Part shown: piece by piece, positions 1-9,570 of the stretch | Layout: each line of letters starts with the position of its first letter | Numbering within the stretch: position 1 is the stretch's first letter | Sequence record: SRR20825019_238 | DNA: 46,528 nucleotides | Reading direction: 5' to 3' (one strand) | Made by a program: the position numbers and the translations under genes | The notes under the pieces: generated by a model | The model's input: only the letters and a program-made list of their open reading frames with translations | What the model was told of the DNA's origin: nothing | Databases searched by the model: none

Positions 1-1
1 G

Positions 2-2863
2 GTGAACCTTGTGGTGGAATCCAAGAATATTGGGGCCATTTCCAATTTGGACGGGTCCTTTACCATTAATGCAGGCCCTGATGATGTGCTGATTTTTTCC
101 ATAGTCGGTTTCGAGACCCTTACCGTTCCCATATCGGGTAGGGAAGAAATTCTTGTTGCCTTGGAGGAGGAAGTGACCCAGTTGGGTGAAGTAGTCCTCA
201 ATGCGGGCTATTACACGGTCTCCGAACGGGAACGAACCGGGAGCATCATCAAGGTGCAATCCGTCGAGCTTGAAAAACAGCCCATTTCCAACCCATTGGC
301 AGGACTTCAAGGAAGGGCTGCCGGAGTTGAAATTGTCCAGACCTCTGGGGTCACGGGATCGAAATTCGATATTCGGATAAGAGGAAGGAACAGTATCCGT
401 TCCGATGGCAATGAACCCCTTTATATCGTTGATGGGGTTCCCTTTTCCTCATCAAGCTTAGGGGAACAACAGTCTTCCTCCAGCGTTATTACCGGAGGGG
501 CCATCAGTCCATTGAACAACCTAAACCCTTCCGATATTGAAAGCATCGAGATATTAAAGGATGCCGATGCCACCGCCATATATGGTTCCCGGGGCGCCAA
601 TGGTGTGGTGCTGATAACCACCAAAAAAGGTAAGGCCGGGGAAACCGTCTTTGAGCTCAATATATTGACAGGAATGGGAAGAGTTTCCAATACCTTGGAC
701 CTGTTGCACACACCAGACTATCTGGCCATGCGTAGGGAGGCCTATGCCAATGATGGTATCGAGCCGCTGCCCTCCAACGTCTATGATATCAATGGCACCT
801 GGGATGAAAACAGGTATACCGATTGGCAAAAAGTATTGTTCGGTCAAACCTCTTATCTGACCAATGTACAAGGTTCTGTGTCGGGGGGAAGTGAGCGGAC
901 ACGGTTTTTGGTCAGTGGAAACTATCATAGACAAAGCAATGTCTACTATGGGGGCTATGCCAACGACAAGGTTTCCGTTTTGGCCAATCTCAACCATACC
1001 TCAAAAAATGATAGGCTCTCCCTTCAACTCTCCACGGGATATACCTCCAACACGAACAATCTCCCGGCAACAGGGCTGGTCTTAACGGCAACCGGCCTTG
1101 CCCCCAATGCCCCTGAACTGGTCAATGAGGACGGGTCGCTCAATTGGGCGGATTCAACTTGGAGCAATCCCCTACGTCATTTGGAAGGATTCTATGAGTC
1201 CAATTCGACCAACCTTATCAGTAATATGAACCTTAAGTATAGCCTTTTTGATGATTTGATCTTGACCACCAATCTGGGCTATACGGAAAGCCATGTCAAG
1301 GAGTTGAAGACGATTCCTTCCACCATATATGATCCGGCATATGGGGTAGGTCCGGAATATTCCAGTGCCATTCACAATGTATCCCAACGCACTTCCTGGA
1401 TCGTGGAGCCCCAATTGCATTTTAGCCATGACTTTGGAAATACCCGATTGGAAGTATTGGCAGGGCTGACCTTTCAAGAGCAAACGGATAATCGCTTGTC
1501 GCAGAATGGACAAGGGTTTACCAGTAACAGCCTGATAGAAAACCTGGCCGCCGCCTCAACTATCATCCCGTTACAGGATGTGGAAGAGGTCTACAGATAC
1601 AACGCATTGTTCGGCAGGGTAAACATCAACCATCAGGGAAAGTATATCTTGAACGCTACGGGCAGAAGGGACGGCTCCAGTCGATTTGGGCCGAACAAAA
1701 GATTTGCAAATTTTGGTGCACTGGGAGCGGCATGGGTATTCTCCGAGGAAGGGTTTATATCCGAAACATTGCCCCAGTTGAGCCTTGGAAAGATAAGGGC
1801 AAGTTATGGGACTTCAGGGAACGACCAAATCGGGAACTATCAATATTTGGACACCTACTCCTATGGTAGTACACAGTATCAGAATATGGTGGGACTGTAT
1901 CCGACACGACTGTTCAATCCCGATTTTGGGTGGGAGTCCAACAGGAAGTTTGAAATTGGTTTAGATCTTGGTTTCTACAATGACCGCATTGTTTTCGGCG
2001 GCAACTATTATAAGAACCGTTCTTCCAATCAATTGGTGGGAATCCCCTTGCCCGGAACCACTGGTTTTGGGTCCATACAAGGGAATTTGGATGCCACCGT
2101 GGAGAATACGGGCTGGGAATTGCTGCTCAACACAGTGAACCTTGATAGCAAAAATCTACGCTGGTCCACTTCACTGAACATTACAATTCCCAAGAACAAG
2201 TTGGTGTCCTTTCCCGATTTGGAAGGTTCGACCTATGCGAATCAATTGGTGATCGGTGAACCGTTGAACATTGTAAAGTTGTATCAGTTCAATGGTGTCG
2301 ACCCTGAGACAGGACTCTATCAGTTTGAGGACTTCAATGGGGATGGTATAATTTCATCCCCTGATGACAGGCAAGTGGTCAAGGACCTTGGACCAAAATT
2401 TTTTGGTGGATTTGCCAATCAAGTTTCCTATAAAAAATTCCATTTGGACATACTGCTGCAGTTTACCCAACAGGAGGGATACAATTACCGGTATTCAACC
2501 GGTATACCCGGAGGAATGACCAATCAACCCACTGAGGTATTGGAACGTTGGCAAACGGTCGGAGATCAATCTTTTATACAACGATTTTCCTCCGGACGGG
2601 ATTCGGAGGCCAGGACGGCACATTCGCTGTATTCCAATAGTGATGCCTCGGTATCGGATGCCTCCTATATACGTTTGAAGACCCTATCCATTTCTTATGA
2701 ATTGGCCAATAGGGATAAGCATGGGTTTGGCTGTGAGCTTTTTCTAAGGGGACAGAACCTTTGGACATGGACTAAGTATAAGGGGTTGGATCCTGAGACA
2801 CAGTCCATGTCAAGCCCTCCCGTCTTACGAATGATCAGTCTAGGAACCCAATTAAAATTTTAA
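2..2863 (+). CDS. SusC/RagA-family TonB-dependent outer membrane transporter (5' end probably outside the window)
   Basis: SusC plug signature DIESIEILKDADATAIYGSRGANGVVLITTKKG, RRDGSSRFG motif and C-terminal Phe. The frame is open from the window edge with no signal peptide, and a SusD gene follows. Confidence 0.95.
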   Translation: MNLVVESKNIGAISNLDGSFTINAGPDDVLIFSIVGFETLTVPISGREEILVALEEEVTQLGEVVLNAGYYTVSERERTGSIIKVQSVELEKQPISNPLAGLQGRAAGVEIVQTSGVTGSKFDIRIRGRNSIRSDGNEPLYIVDGVPFSSSSLGEQQSSSSVITGGAISPLNNLNPSDIESIEILKDADATAIYGSRGANGVVLITTKKGKAGETVFELNILTGMGRVSNTLDLLHTPDYLAMRREAYANDGIEPLPSNVYDINGTWDENRYTDWQKVLFGQTSYLTNVQGSVSGGSERTRFLVSGNYHRQSNVYYGGYANDKVSVLANLNHTSKNDRLSLQLSTGYTSNTNNLPATGLVLTATGLAPNAPELVNEDGSLNWADSTWSNPLRHLEGFYESNSTNLISNMNLKYSLFDDLILTTNLGYTESHVKELKTIPSTIYDPAYGVGPEYSSAIHNVSQRTSWIVEPQLHFSHDFGNTRLEVLAGLTFQEQTDNRLSQNGQGFTSNSLIENLAAASTIIPLQDVEEVYRYNALFGRVNINHQGKYILNATGRRDGSSRFGPNKRFANFGALGAAWVFSEEGFISETLPQLSLGKIRASYGTSGNDQIGNYQYLDTYSYGSTQYQNMVGLYPTRLFNPDFGWESNRKFEIGLDLGFYNDRIVFGGNYYKNRSSNQLVGIPLPGTTGFGSIQGNLDATVENTGWELLLNTVNLDSKNLRWSTSLNITIPKNKLVSFPDLEGSTYANQLVIGEPLNIVKLYQFNGVDPETGLYQFEDFNGDGIISSPDDRQVVKDLGPKFFGGFANQVSYKKFHLDILLQFTQQEGYNYRYSTGIPGGMTNQPTEVLERWQTVGDQSFIQRFSSGRDSEARTAHSLYSNSDASVSDASYIRLKTLSISYELANRDKHGFGCELFLRGQNLWTWTKYKGLDPETQSMSSPPVLRMISLGTQLKF

Positions 2864-2873
2864 AAATAACACC

Positions 2874-4271
2874 ATGAAATCAGTTATAGGAACAATTCAA
2901 TTTATGAGAAAAATACCTTTGTGGTCTTTTTGCATTTTGATTATGATAATCACTTCCTGCGAGGATTTTACCGAAGTCGATCCTCCCAACAATCAATTGA
3001 CGGGCTTAGTGGTTTTTGAAGATGCTTCCACTGTGGATGCTGCCTTTGCACATATGTACAGTGAATTGCGAAATGCTGCCTTTACCAGTGGAACGACCTC
3101 AGGGTTGACCTATTTATTAGGGCACTATACGGACGAGCTTAATCTATACAACCCCAGTTTCCAATCCATCGAAGTCTATGAAGAAAATAATGTGCTTCCC
3201 ACGGATGGCTATGTACAGGGCTTTTGGAATTCAGGATACACCCTGATTCATGCATCAAATAGTATTTTGGAAGGAGTCAGTGCCTCTACGGCCCTTTCAT
3301 TGGAGGATAAGCAACGCTTTTTGGGCGAGGCTCATTTTCTAAGGGCCTTCATCCACTTTTACTTGACCAATCTGTTCGGGGACATCCCCTATGTGGAAAG
3401 TACGGACTATAGGGTGAACAGTACCATGGGCCGTATGGAAGCTGCTATGGTTTATCAAAAGATCATTGATGATTTGATACAGGCCAAATCGAACATGCCC
3501 ATGGATTCCGGGACCAAATTCCGTCCGAACCATTGGGTTGCATCAGCACTTTTGGCCAGGGTCTACCTTTATCAAGGCAATTGGGCTGGGGCGTTGGAGG
3601 AAGCACAAAGGGTTGTCGAAAATGGAGGGTATCAATTGAGTGCGGATGTAGCACAAGTGTTTTTAATCGATAGTGAGGAAACGTTGTGGCAATTGGATTC
3701 AGGGATTGATGGGGTCAATACAGAGGAGGCCTTTACCTTTATTTTTACCGATGGACCACCACCCTATTCCGCCCTGAGCAATCAGTTGGTGGACAGTTTT
3801 GAGGCGGGGGATGCACGCTCGACAAATTGGGTCGGTTCTGTTTCGGATGGTACCGAGATATGGTACTACCCCTATAAGTACAAAGTAAATACCAATACGG
3901 CCACCACGGAGGAGTGCTCCATTCTTTTTCGTTTGGCAGAACTCCATTTGATTGCAGCCGAGGCCGCCGTACAATCAGGGGATATGGAATTGGCCATGGA
4001 ATATATCAATATGCTACGGGAAAGGGCAGGTCTCTCCATGATCTCATCGACGGATCGAGCCAGCTTATTGGATGCCATTCAGAGGGAACGACAGGTGGAG
4101 CTCTTTACGGAACAGGGCCATCGTTTTTTCGACTTAAAGCGAACAGGAAGAATAGATGGGACACTTGCCCCAATAAAGCCCAATTGGCAGCATACGGATG
4201 CACTATTGCCCATACCGGAATCAGAATTATTGCTCAACCCCAACCTAGAGCCCCAGAATGAAGGATATTGA
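2874..4271 (+). CDS. SusD/RagB-family surface lipoprotein
   Basis: Lipobox IITSC; motifs GEAHFLRAF, ALLARVYLY, FRLAELHL and ERQVELFTEQGHRFFDLKR; C-terminal QNEGY. Start could be the Met at 2904. Confidence 0.95.
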   Translation: MKSVIGTIQFMRKIPLWSFCILIMIITSCEDFTEVDPPNNQLTGLVVFEDASTVDAAFAHMYSELRNAAFTSGTTSGLTYLLGHYTDELNLYNPSFQSIEVYEENNVLPTDGYVQGFWNSGYTLIHASNSILEGVSASTALSLEDKQRFLGEAHFLRAFIHFYLTNLFGDIPYVESTDYRVNSTMGRMEAAMVYQKIIDDLIQAKSNMPMDSGTKFRPNHWVASALLARVYLYQGNWAGALEEAQRVVENGGYQLSADVAQVFLIDSEETLWQLDSGIDGVNTEEAFTFIFTDGPPPYSALSNQLVDSFEAGDARSTNWVGSVSDGTEIWYYPYKYKVNTNTATTEECSILFRLAELHLIAAEAAVQSGDMELAMEYINMLRERAGLSMISSTDRASLLDAIQRERQVELFTEQGHRFFDLKRTGRIDGTLAPIKPNWQHTDALLPIPESELLLNPNLEPQNEGY

Positions 4272-6558
4272 TAGAAATACAAACGGATTGTTGTTTAACA
4301 AGGTAAAACAGGTACTTGTAATATATAACAGGAATGTTTTGTTTTCTGTGATTGTTTGGCTAGTGGTCTGTCCCATCATGGGGCAGACCGATTCCAAACT
4401 AAGGGGACATTTAGAAGGAGAGCGACTTATAATGACCTTGGACGAAAACACACTGGGAAAACCGATGCTATTAGTCAAGCATGGGGCATCGGACCAATAC
4501 CAGGTCAGATGGTCCAAGAAAGCTGACTACCTAGTATTGGAGGCTCCTCCAGTATATTCCCTTGCCGGGGTGCTGATTCCACAAGGAGCGAATGGAACAA
4601 CCCCAATTTTGGGACGGTTTCCGATAGAATCCAGTATACGCCAAAAGGGCTACCTACAAGTGGATTTGACCGATTTTGTCCTTCTGGCCTCGATTTCGTG
4701 GCAGGGCAACGGTCAAGAATCAGTGGATAGACAACGATCCTATGTTGATGGAGTGTATAATTTGGACAAGGAAGTGGTCATCAGTACAAAAAGAACAATA
4801 CTAAAAAATGGTAAGCGCATCAGCACAGTGGCGGATTTCAGTTTTTATTTGTTGCCCGAGCCCATGAAGCCCAGATTGTTTGACCATCGTATGGGCTTTT
4901 TTGGTGAATACATAACGGATGTCCTGAACCATAATCCAAAGCCTGCAGTAGCGAGTATCATGCGTTGGCGTTTGGAAAAGAAAGACAAAACCCAAAAGAT
5001 GTGTGAGCCTGAAAGACCCATTGTCTTCTATTTGGATAGGGCCATCCCCGAAAAATGGAAACCCTATATACGTGCTGGTATATTGGAATGGGAGCCGGCC
5101 TTTGAAGCTGCTGGTTTCAAGAATGCTTTGGTCATTAAGGAGCTAGGTTCAAAGGATACCCTCATTCCTGACAACGCTATGGCTCGATCGATGATACGAT
5201 GGAATATGGATGAAGGCATACGAAAGGAGCGGCGATCCAGCTCCACCGTTCACCAAATCACGGATTTTCGGACAGGAGAGATTCTCAAAGCCGACATTAT
5301 TTTGGCAGGCACTTTAGCCTATTTGGTAGATCAGTATTTCATCCGTTGTGCGCCTTTGGACCCCAGGGCCCGACAATACCTGGTACCAGATAGCCTTAAG
5401 GGGGAACTATTACAATATATCACCGCTCATGAAGCCGGTCATGCCTTTGGTATCAAGGATGCCAATTTTGGAGAGTACGCCTATCCTATTGAAAAAACAA
5501 GGGATAGGGATTGGCTCAAGACCATGGGACATACCCCGAGTATTATGGGTTATGCACGCCACAATTATGTGGTCCAGCCCGAGGATGGAATCCCCCCTTC
5601 ATTGCTTATCCAAAAAGTAGGTCCCATGGATCAATACCACATTCAATGGGGATACCGGGAAATTCAAAATGTTCGGCGGTCGAGCGATGAGCTTCCCATA
5701 CTGGAACACTTGGTACGGCAACAGGACAGTGTACCCTGGTACCGATACAATCTCAATCAATATGAAAGGGTCGGACCAGGAACCCTAAATAATGTGATGG
5801 ACAATGACAATCCTATTGAAAGTACGCGTTTGGGCCTTAAGAATATGGAACGAGTGATGAAAATACTGGATGAAATGTACCACAGTGGAAAAATGGATAG
5901 GTCAGTTCTGGAAAGAAGGTATACAGCGACATTGGAACTATGGTATGGGGAGATGCAACATGTTTTGAGCTTGGTTGGCGGTTATTCGATTCAGTACAGG
6001 TCCCTTGGACAACAAGGGAGAGTGTACAACCCCATTGATAGGGAGGACCAAGAGCAAGCATTGTCTTTTTTTATAGAACATGTGATTAACCCACCACATT
6101 GGTTGACACATCCCAATTTCCTTATTGGTAATCGGTTTTCCACTCATCCAGATGAATTGATGGATTACCAACAAAAGCTTGTACTGAAACTGTTCGGACC
6201 GCACCGAATGAAACGATTGGAGTGGATGGAGGAAGCCCTGGGTTTTAGGGATTTGACCGAACAGGTTTTAATGGGTTTTCAAACAACGCTTTTCCAAACA
6301 AAAGGTATCAACGACCGTCGACGTCAAGCGCTACAAAAAGGATTTATTGCCCTATTGGTCAAGGTAATTGGGGAAGGGATGGGCCACTCGGACAAACTGG
6401 GCAACTTTGGATATTCTGAACGGGTCAAGGGATTTTTTATGAAAGCCTATACCACATTGAAAACTGATTTGGAACTTTCCCTGGAGCGTAATTCATTTTC
6501 CCGCAATGCAGGTCATTTAAGACATTGTCTCCTGATTATGGAGCAAGCGTTCCCCTAG
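4258..6558 (+). CDS. Zinc-dependent metalloprotease (metzincin-like, DUF5117/DUF4953 EcxA-like family)
   Basis: PMKPRLFDHRMGFF, PIVFYLDRAIPEKWKPYIRAGILEW, HEAGHAFGIKD zinc motif, SIMGY Met-turn and GPMD. The start is uncertain (14-nt overlap with susD). Confidence 0.85.
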   Translation: MKDIDRNTNGLLFNKVKQVLVIYNRNVLFSVIVWLVVCPIMGQTDSKLRGHLEGERLIMTLDENTLGKPMLLVKHGASDQYQVRWSKKADYLVLEAPPVYSLAGVLIPQGANGTTPILGRFPIESSIRQKGYLQVDLTDFVLLASISWQGNGQESVDRQRSYVDGVYNLDKEVVISTKRTILKNGKRISTVADFSFYLLPEPMKPRLFDHRMGFFGEYITDVLNHNPKPAVASIMRWRLEKKDKTQKMCEPERPIVFYLDRAIPEKWKPYIRAGILEWEPAFEAAGFKNALVIKELGSKDTLIPDNAMARSMIRWNMDEGIRKERRSSSTVHQITDFRTGEILKADIILAGTLAYLVDQYFIRCAPLDPRARQYLVPDSLKGELLQYITAHEAGHAFGIKDANFGEYAYPIEKTRDRDWLKTMGHTPSIMGYARHNYVVQPEDGIPPSLLIQKVGPMDQYHIQWGYREIQNVRRSSDELPILEHLVRQQDSVPWYRYNLNQYERVGPGTLNNVMDNDNPIESTRLGLKNMERVMKILDEMYHSGKMDRSVLERRYTATLELWYGEMQHVLSLVGGYSIQYRSLGQQGRVYNPIDREDQEQALSFFIEHVINPPHWLTHPNFLIGNRFSTHPDELMDYQQKLVLKLFGPHRMKRLEWMEEALGFRDLTEQVLMGFQTTLFQTKGINDRRRQALQKGFIALLVKVIGEGMGHSDKLGNFGYSERVKGFFMKAYTTLKTDLELSLERNSFSRNAGHLRHCLLIMEQAFP

Positions 6559-6576
6559 ATTTTTGAATTAGTCAAA

Positions 6577-6604
6577 GAAAAGGAGCCATTATCGGCTCCT
6601 TTTC
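6577..6604. terminator. Bidirectional intrinsic terminator between convergent operons
   Basis: GAAAAGGAGCC-ATTATC-GGCTCCTTTTC perfect 11-bp inverted repeat with A/T tracts on both sides. Confidence 0.85.
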
Positions 6605-6626
6605 CCAATTCTACCATGAAAACAAA

Positions 6627-6878
6627 CTATTGTCTGTAAAGAGGTGTTGTACATGAGGTCCCATTTTTGGCAAAAACGTATTCATCATTTTCTGTAGTAC
6701 ATTCTTGCGTACCTTGCGGGGTACATTGTTCATCAACCTTTTGGCATGGGGCCGGGCTATTGATGTAATTTTGGACAAAAGATTCATCTACTGTATCGTT
6801 TGTCGTAAAGGCGCTGGCTGCGACAGCAAGTACTACAGCCAACCCTGGAATCAGAAATTTTGTTTTACTAAACTTCAT
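6627..6878 (-). CDS. Small secreted Cys-rich protein (resembles DUF6520 family)
   Basis: 83 aa with a Sec signal ending AASA/FT. The mature part has C-x6-C-x7-C-x15-C. A-rich leader upstream and terminator downstream. Confidence 0.8.
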   Translation of the reverse strand: MKFSKTKFLIPGLAVVLAVAASAFTTNDTVDESFVQNYINSPAPCQKVDEQCTPQGTQECTTENDEYVFAKNGTSCTTPLYRQ

Positions 6879-6904
6879 AATGATAACATTTAAATTAATA
6901 CTAT

Positions 6905-6943
6905 GATCTACTCTCTTTTACGGGTTTTCGATCGCATTCCCGT
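6905..6943 (-). other. Candidate structured RNA element (H-type pseudoknot) in the leader of the Cys-peptide gene
   Basis: Minus strand reads ACGGG-AATGC-GATC-GAAAA-CCCGT-AAAAGAG-AGTA-GATC. ACGGG/CCCGT and GATC/GATC pairings interleave, with GAA/AGUA next to the second stem. Confidence 0.35.
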
Positions 6944-8043
6944 TACTGGCCAGTAATATTTTCTTGTTCCCCATAGGGAGTGTGGTCCACAAACCCTTCC
7001 CTAAAATTGTAGACAGAGAGTGCATTGTCAATCAAGGCCACTAGACGGCCATCATTTACACTGAACCCATGGACCTTTTCCTTTCCCATATGATAGAGGT
7101 AGAAGCTATATCTATAGGTAGCATCACTCCAGTTATAAACATCGATGATGGAAGCGACCTTTAGAATTTCCCGATTCTCATTTTTACCGAGTCTATCCGA
7201 TGCTATGAACATAAAGTTTTTGTACATGGTCGCCCTGGTATTGACCACGAGGGGTGGCGATTTCATTTTGGATGTTTTGGATCGATCGAGTTGGGCAATC
7301 TCAATTCGGGCTTTTTTGACGGTGTCAATCGTCTGTTGTCGTTTCAAGGTTTTTAACCGGGAATCCATGGTCATGAACTGGTTACGATAGAAGTAAACAT
7401 ATCCCAATCTGGTTTTATCAGGGGTCGTTAGCATGATGCCATCGACATCGAAAACTCCATCAATCTGTCTTTGTAGAATCTCAGGATGCAGCTCAACAGA
7501 GAAATGATCCCTTTTTTCAAGGAGGCCCAATGTGACCGTTCTTGTATCGTTTTGCATGGTTTTTATGTAAATCCTGTTACTGTCGAGAACCAAGGATTTC
7601 GTAAAATAAGCTTCGTTACGCATCCAGGGCCCAGCCACCCAGTTGTTGGTCGAACCACGGAATATATAAGGAATCGAACCGTCCAACACAAAGAAAAAAG
7701 GCGGTTGTACTTGAACATGGACGTTTTTAAAAGGAAGGTCCATATTCGACAATTTTAATTTAACATGTGCCGTATCCCTTGTGGCCAGATTGATTTTCAA
7801 GAGGTGGAGAGGGGCTGTGGAATTACCAAGGTATACCATATCTTTCCCAAGACCTGCGACATAATAGGAATTGAACCCTAGGTCTATGTCATATTCCTTG
7901 ATGACAGGATGTGGAGGGAATCTTCGAATGAAAGCATTGTTGCGGTGCACCTGTTCTTCTGAAGAAAGGAACAGGATTACCATAAGGCCGATGCTCATTA
8001 CAATGGTTCCCAGTAGTTTTATGTAAACATTGTTCAACATCAT
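6943..8043 (-). CDS. Membrane-anchored beta-rich periplasmic/extracellular protein (possible beta-propeller), partner of the MauE/DoxX protein
   Basis: N-terminal TM (LLGTIVMSIGLMVILFL), NNAFIRRFP motif and repeated short beta-strand pattern. ATGA overlap with the upstream gene. Confidence 0.7.
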   Translation of the reverse strand: MMLNNVYIKLLGTIVMSIGLMVILFLSSEEQVHRNNAFIRRFPPHPVIKEYDIDLGFNSYYVAGLGKDMVYLGNSTAPLHLLKINLATRDTAHVKLKLSNMDLPFKNVHVQVQPPFFFVLDGSIPYIFRGSTNNWVAGPWMRNEAYFTKSLVLDSNRIYIKTMQNDTRTVTLGLLEKRDHFSVELHPEILQRQIDGVFDVDGIMLTTPDKTRLGYVYFYRNQFMTMDSRLKTLKRQQTIDTVKKARIEIAQLDRSKTSKMKSPPLVVNTRATMYKNFMFIASDRLGKNENREILKVASIIDVYNWSDATYRYSFYLYHMGKEKVHGFSVNDGRLVALIDNALSVYNFREGFVDHTPYGEQENITGQ

Positions 8044-8492
8044 ATTGAGATTGGTTTACGGGTTGAATAGTTTGTCAATTGTAGGATGGCAATAATGGAA
8101 AGCACCCAAAAGAACAGATTAAATACAATGTGCTCCGTCCATCCTAAATCTTCCAGAACTCCCCCACAGGAGCAAGGGATGTAGTCACTTAAGTTCAGCA
8201 CCAATATGATATAGGTTGTGAACATAGTCATCAGGCCCAATGTCATAAAAAGAGCCTTATATCGGGTGGATTTCATTGATAATAGTATGGCCAGCATATA
8301 TTCAGCAAGTGGAACAAGCCATGCCACCCAATTTGCGTATGCTGTCAATATTGGAGATTGCCCCAATTGTACCCTGAACTGTTCAAAGTCCATCAGTTTG
8401 CTTGTGGCCGCATATACAAAAAGCAAAACATATAGGAAGCATATCAGCTCTACGATGACTCCCTTAGCTTTTATGTTTTTTACACTGTACAT
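8040..8492 (-). CDS. MauE/DoxX-family redox-associated membrane protein
   Basis: Four hydrophobic segments, YAATSKL, IPCSCGG dithiol motif and W-x-x-H-x-x-FN. Confidence 0.85.
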   Translation of the reverse strand: MYSVKNIKAKGVIVELICFLYVLLFVYAATSKLMDFEQFRVQLGQSPILTAYANWVAWLVPLAEYMLAILLSMKSTRYKALFMTLGLMTMFTTYIILVLNLSDYIPCSCGGVLEDLGWTEHIVFNLFFWVLSIIAILQLTNYSTRKPISI

Positions 8493-8532
8493 TGTAACTA
8501 TCTGATTTACAATGTAAAATTAAGAAGTGTGA

Positions 8533-8578
8533 TGGATCCCTAAGGGATTATTTTGGCTCTGAGAAGGATTATTTTGAC
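8533..8578. promoter_or_regulatory. Tandem 21-bp direct repeats, candidate AraC-family operator upstream of the mauE-like operon
   Basis: TGGATCCCTAAGGGATTATTT / TGGCTCTGAGAAGGATTATTT / TGAC. GGATTATTTTG is repeated exactly at 8545 and 8566. A related array lies at 10027-10072. Confidence 0.6.
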
Positions 8579-9531
8579 GATTTTCTCAATGCTGTGGGAC
8601 TATATCCATACTTTTTTTTGAACTCTCGGGCTAAATGGTTACCCTTTTTAAATCCTACCATTTTTGCGATGGAACCGATGGTCTTATTGGAGTGTTCTAT
8701 CAAAACATGGGCTCTTCTGAGTCGCTCATTTTTTTGATATTGAAAGGGGGTCATAGCATATAATTCCTTGAACCCCCTCTTGAATTTGTATTCGTTGGTC
8801 CAGCATAATTGGGCAAGGGTTTTTATTGATGGCAAGGTTTCGTCCAAATTGTCCAGAATATAATCCTTTACCCTTCTTAGGTTATCAAAGTCGACCATAT
8901 TGAGGAGAGGCTCTTCTTTGTCCATCTTTTTAGATAGAAGTTTATGATCCTGCAGTTGTAGCTCTACCTTCTTTTTTATCTTTCTTTCCTTAATTCCTTT
9001 ATTTTGGACCATATCAAAACTGGTTATGATGGTTCTTTCTTTATTATTTGTATTATTCAGAAAACGAATGATATGGCAATGAGCAGGTAGCTCCAACCCC
9101 GATTGTTCCATAAAGGTCAGGTTTACGGTCATTTCCGAAATAGAGGAACGGTTCAATTCCTTCAATAATTTTTTCCATCCTTTTCGGGAATCATTGGTCA
9201 ATAGATTAATGAATGGAGTATCAAGCAAGGCCGTTTTATCATATCCTAGCAATTCTTCCACTTTATAGTTCGTTTTTATTATCTGGCCACTATCGTTGAT
9301 TTCAAAGAACATTTGAACGACTAAGTGGTAGGAATTGTGAAGGTTGACGAATGCTTGGTGCCTAAAGGCATCCTTTATTTCTTCGCTGGCACTGTTGGTC
9401 AAAAAGGTCAAAGCTTCCAAGATATCATCATTGTCCGACCGATTGATCTGATACGAGAAATTCCCATTGGAGATTTTGACCAATTGGGAGAAAATGTCTT
9501 CCAGTCTTTTTTTGTTTTCCGGTCGGTCCAT
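8569..9531 (-). CDS. AraC-family transcriptional regulator with N-terminal HAMP-like and PAS domains
   Basis: C-terminal AraC HTH (NEYKFKRGFK...IAKMVGF...AREFKKKYGYSP) and PAS-like FEINDSGQIIKTNYKVEELLGY. No TM segment. Confidence 0.9.
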   Translation of the reverse strand: MDRPENKKRLEDIFSQLVKISNGNFSYQINRSDNDDILEALTFLTNSASEEIKDAFRHQAFVNLHNSYHLVVQMFFEINDSGQIIKTNYKVEELLGYDKTALLDTPFINLLTNDSRKGWKKLLKELNRSSISEMTVNLTFMEQSGLELPAHCHIIRFLNNTNNKERTIITSFDMVQNKGIKERKIKKKVELQLQDHKLLSKKMDKEEPLLNMVDFDNLRRVKDYILDNLDETLPSIKTLAQLCWTNEYKFKRGFKELYAMTPFQYQKNERLRRAHVLIEHSNKTIGSIAKMVGFKKGNHLAREFKKKYGYSPTALRKSSK

Positions 9532-9570
9532 GATTAAAATTTTATATTGATACTATTTAGATTTTGCGCT

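Noticed and set aside
2-4271. SusCD as a classical polysaccharide utilisation locus
   Set aside because: No glycoside hydrolase, lyase or sulfatase is adjacent in the window, and the esterase lies beyond the rteC/IS break. Sequence upstream of the window is unseen.
6627-8492. Canonical RiPP cluster (lanthipeptide, sactipeptide and similar)
   Set aside because: No LanB/C/M, radical SAM, YcaO or C39 peptidase transporter is present; the precursor has a Sec-type signal rather than a double-glycine leader.
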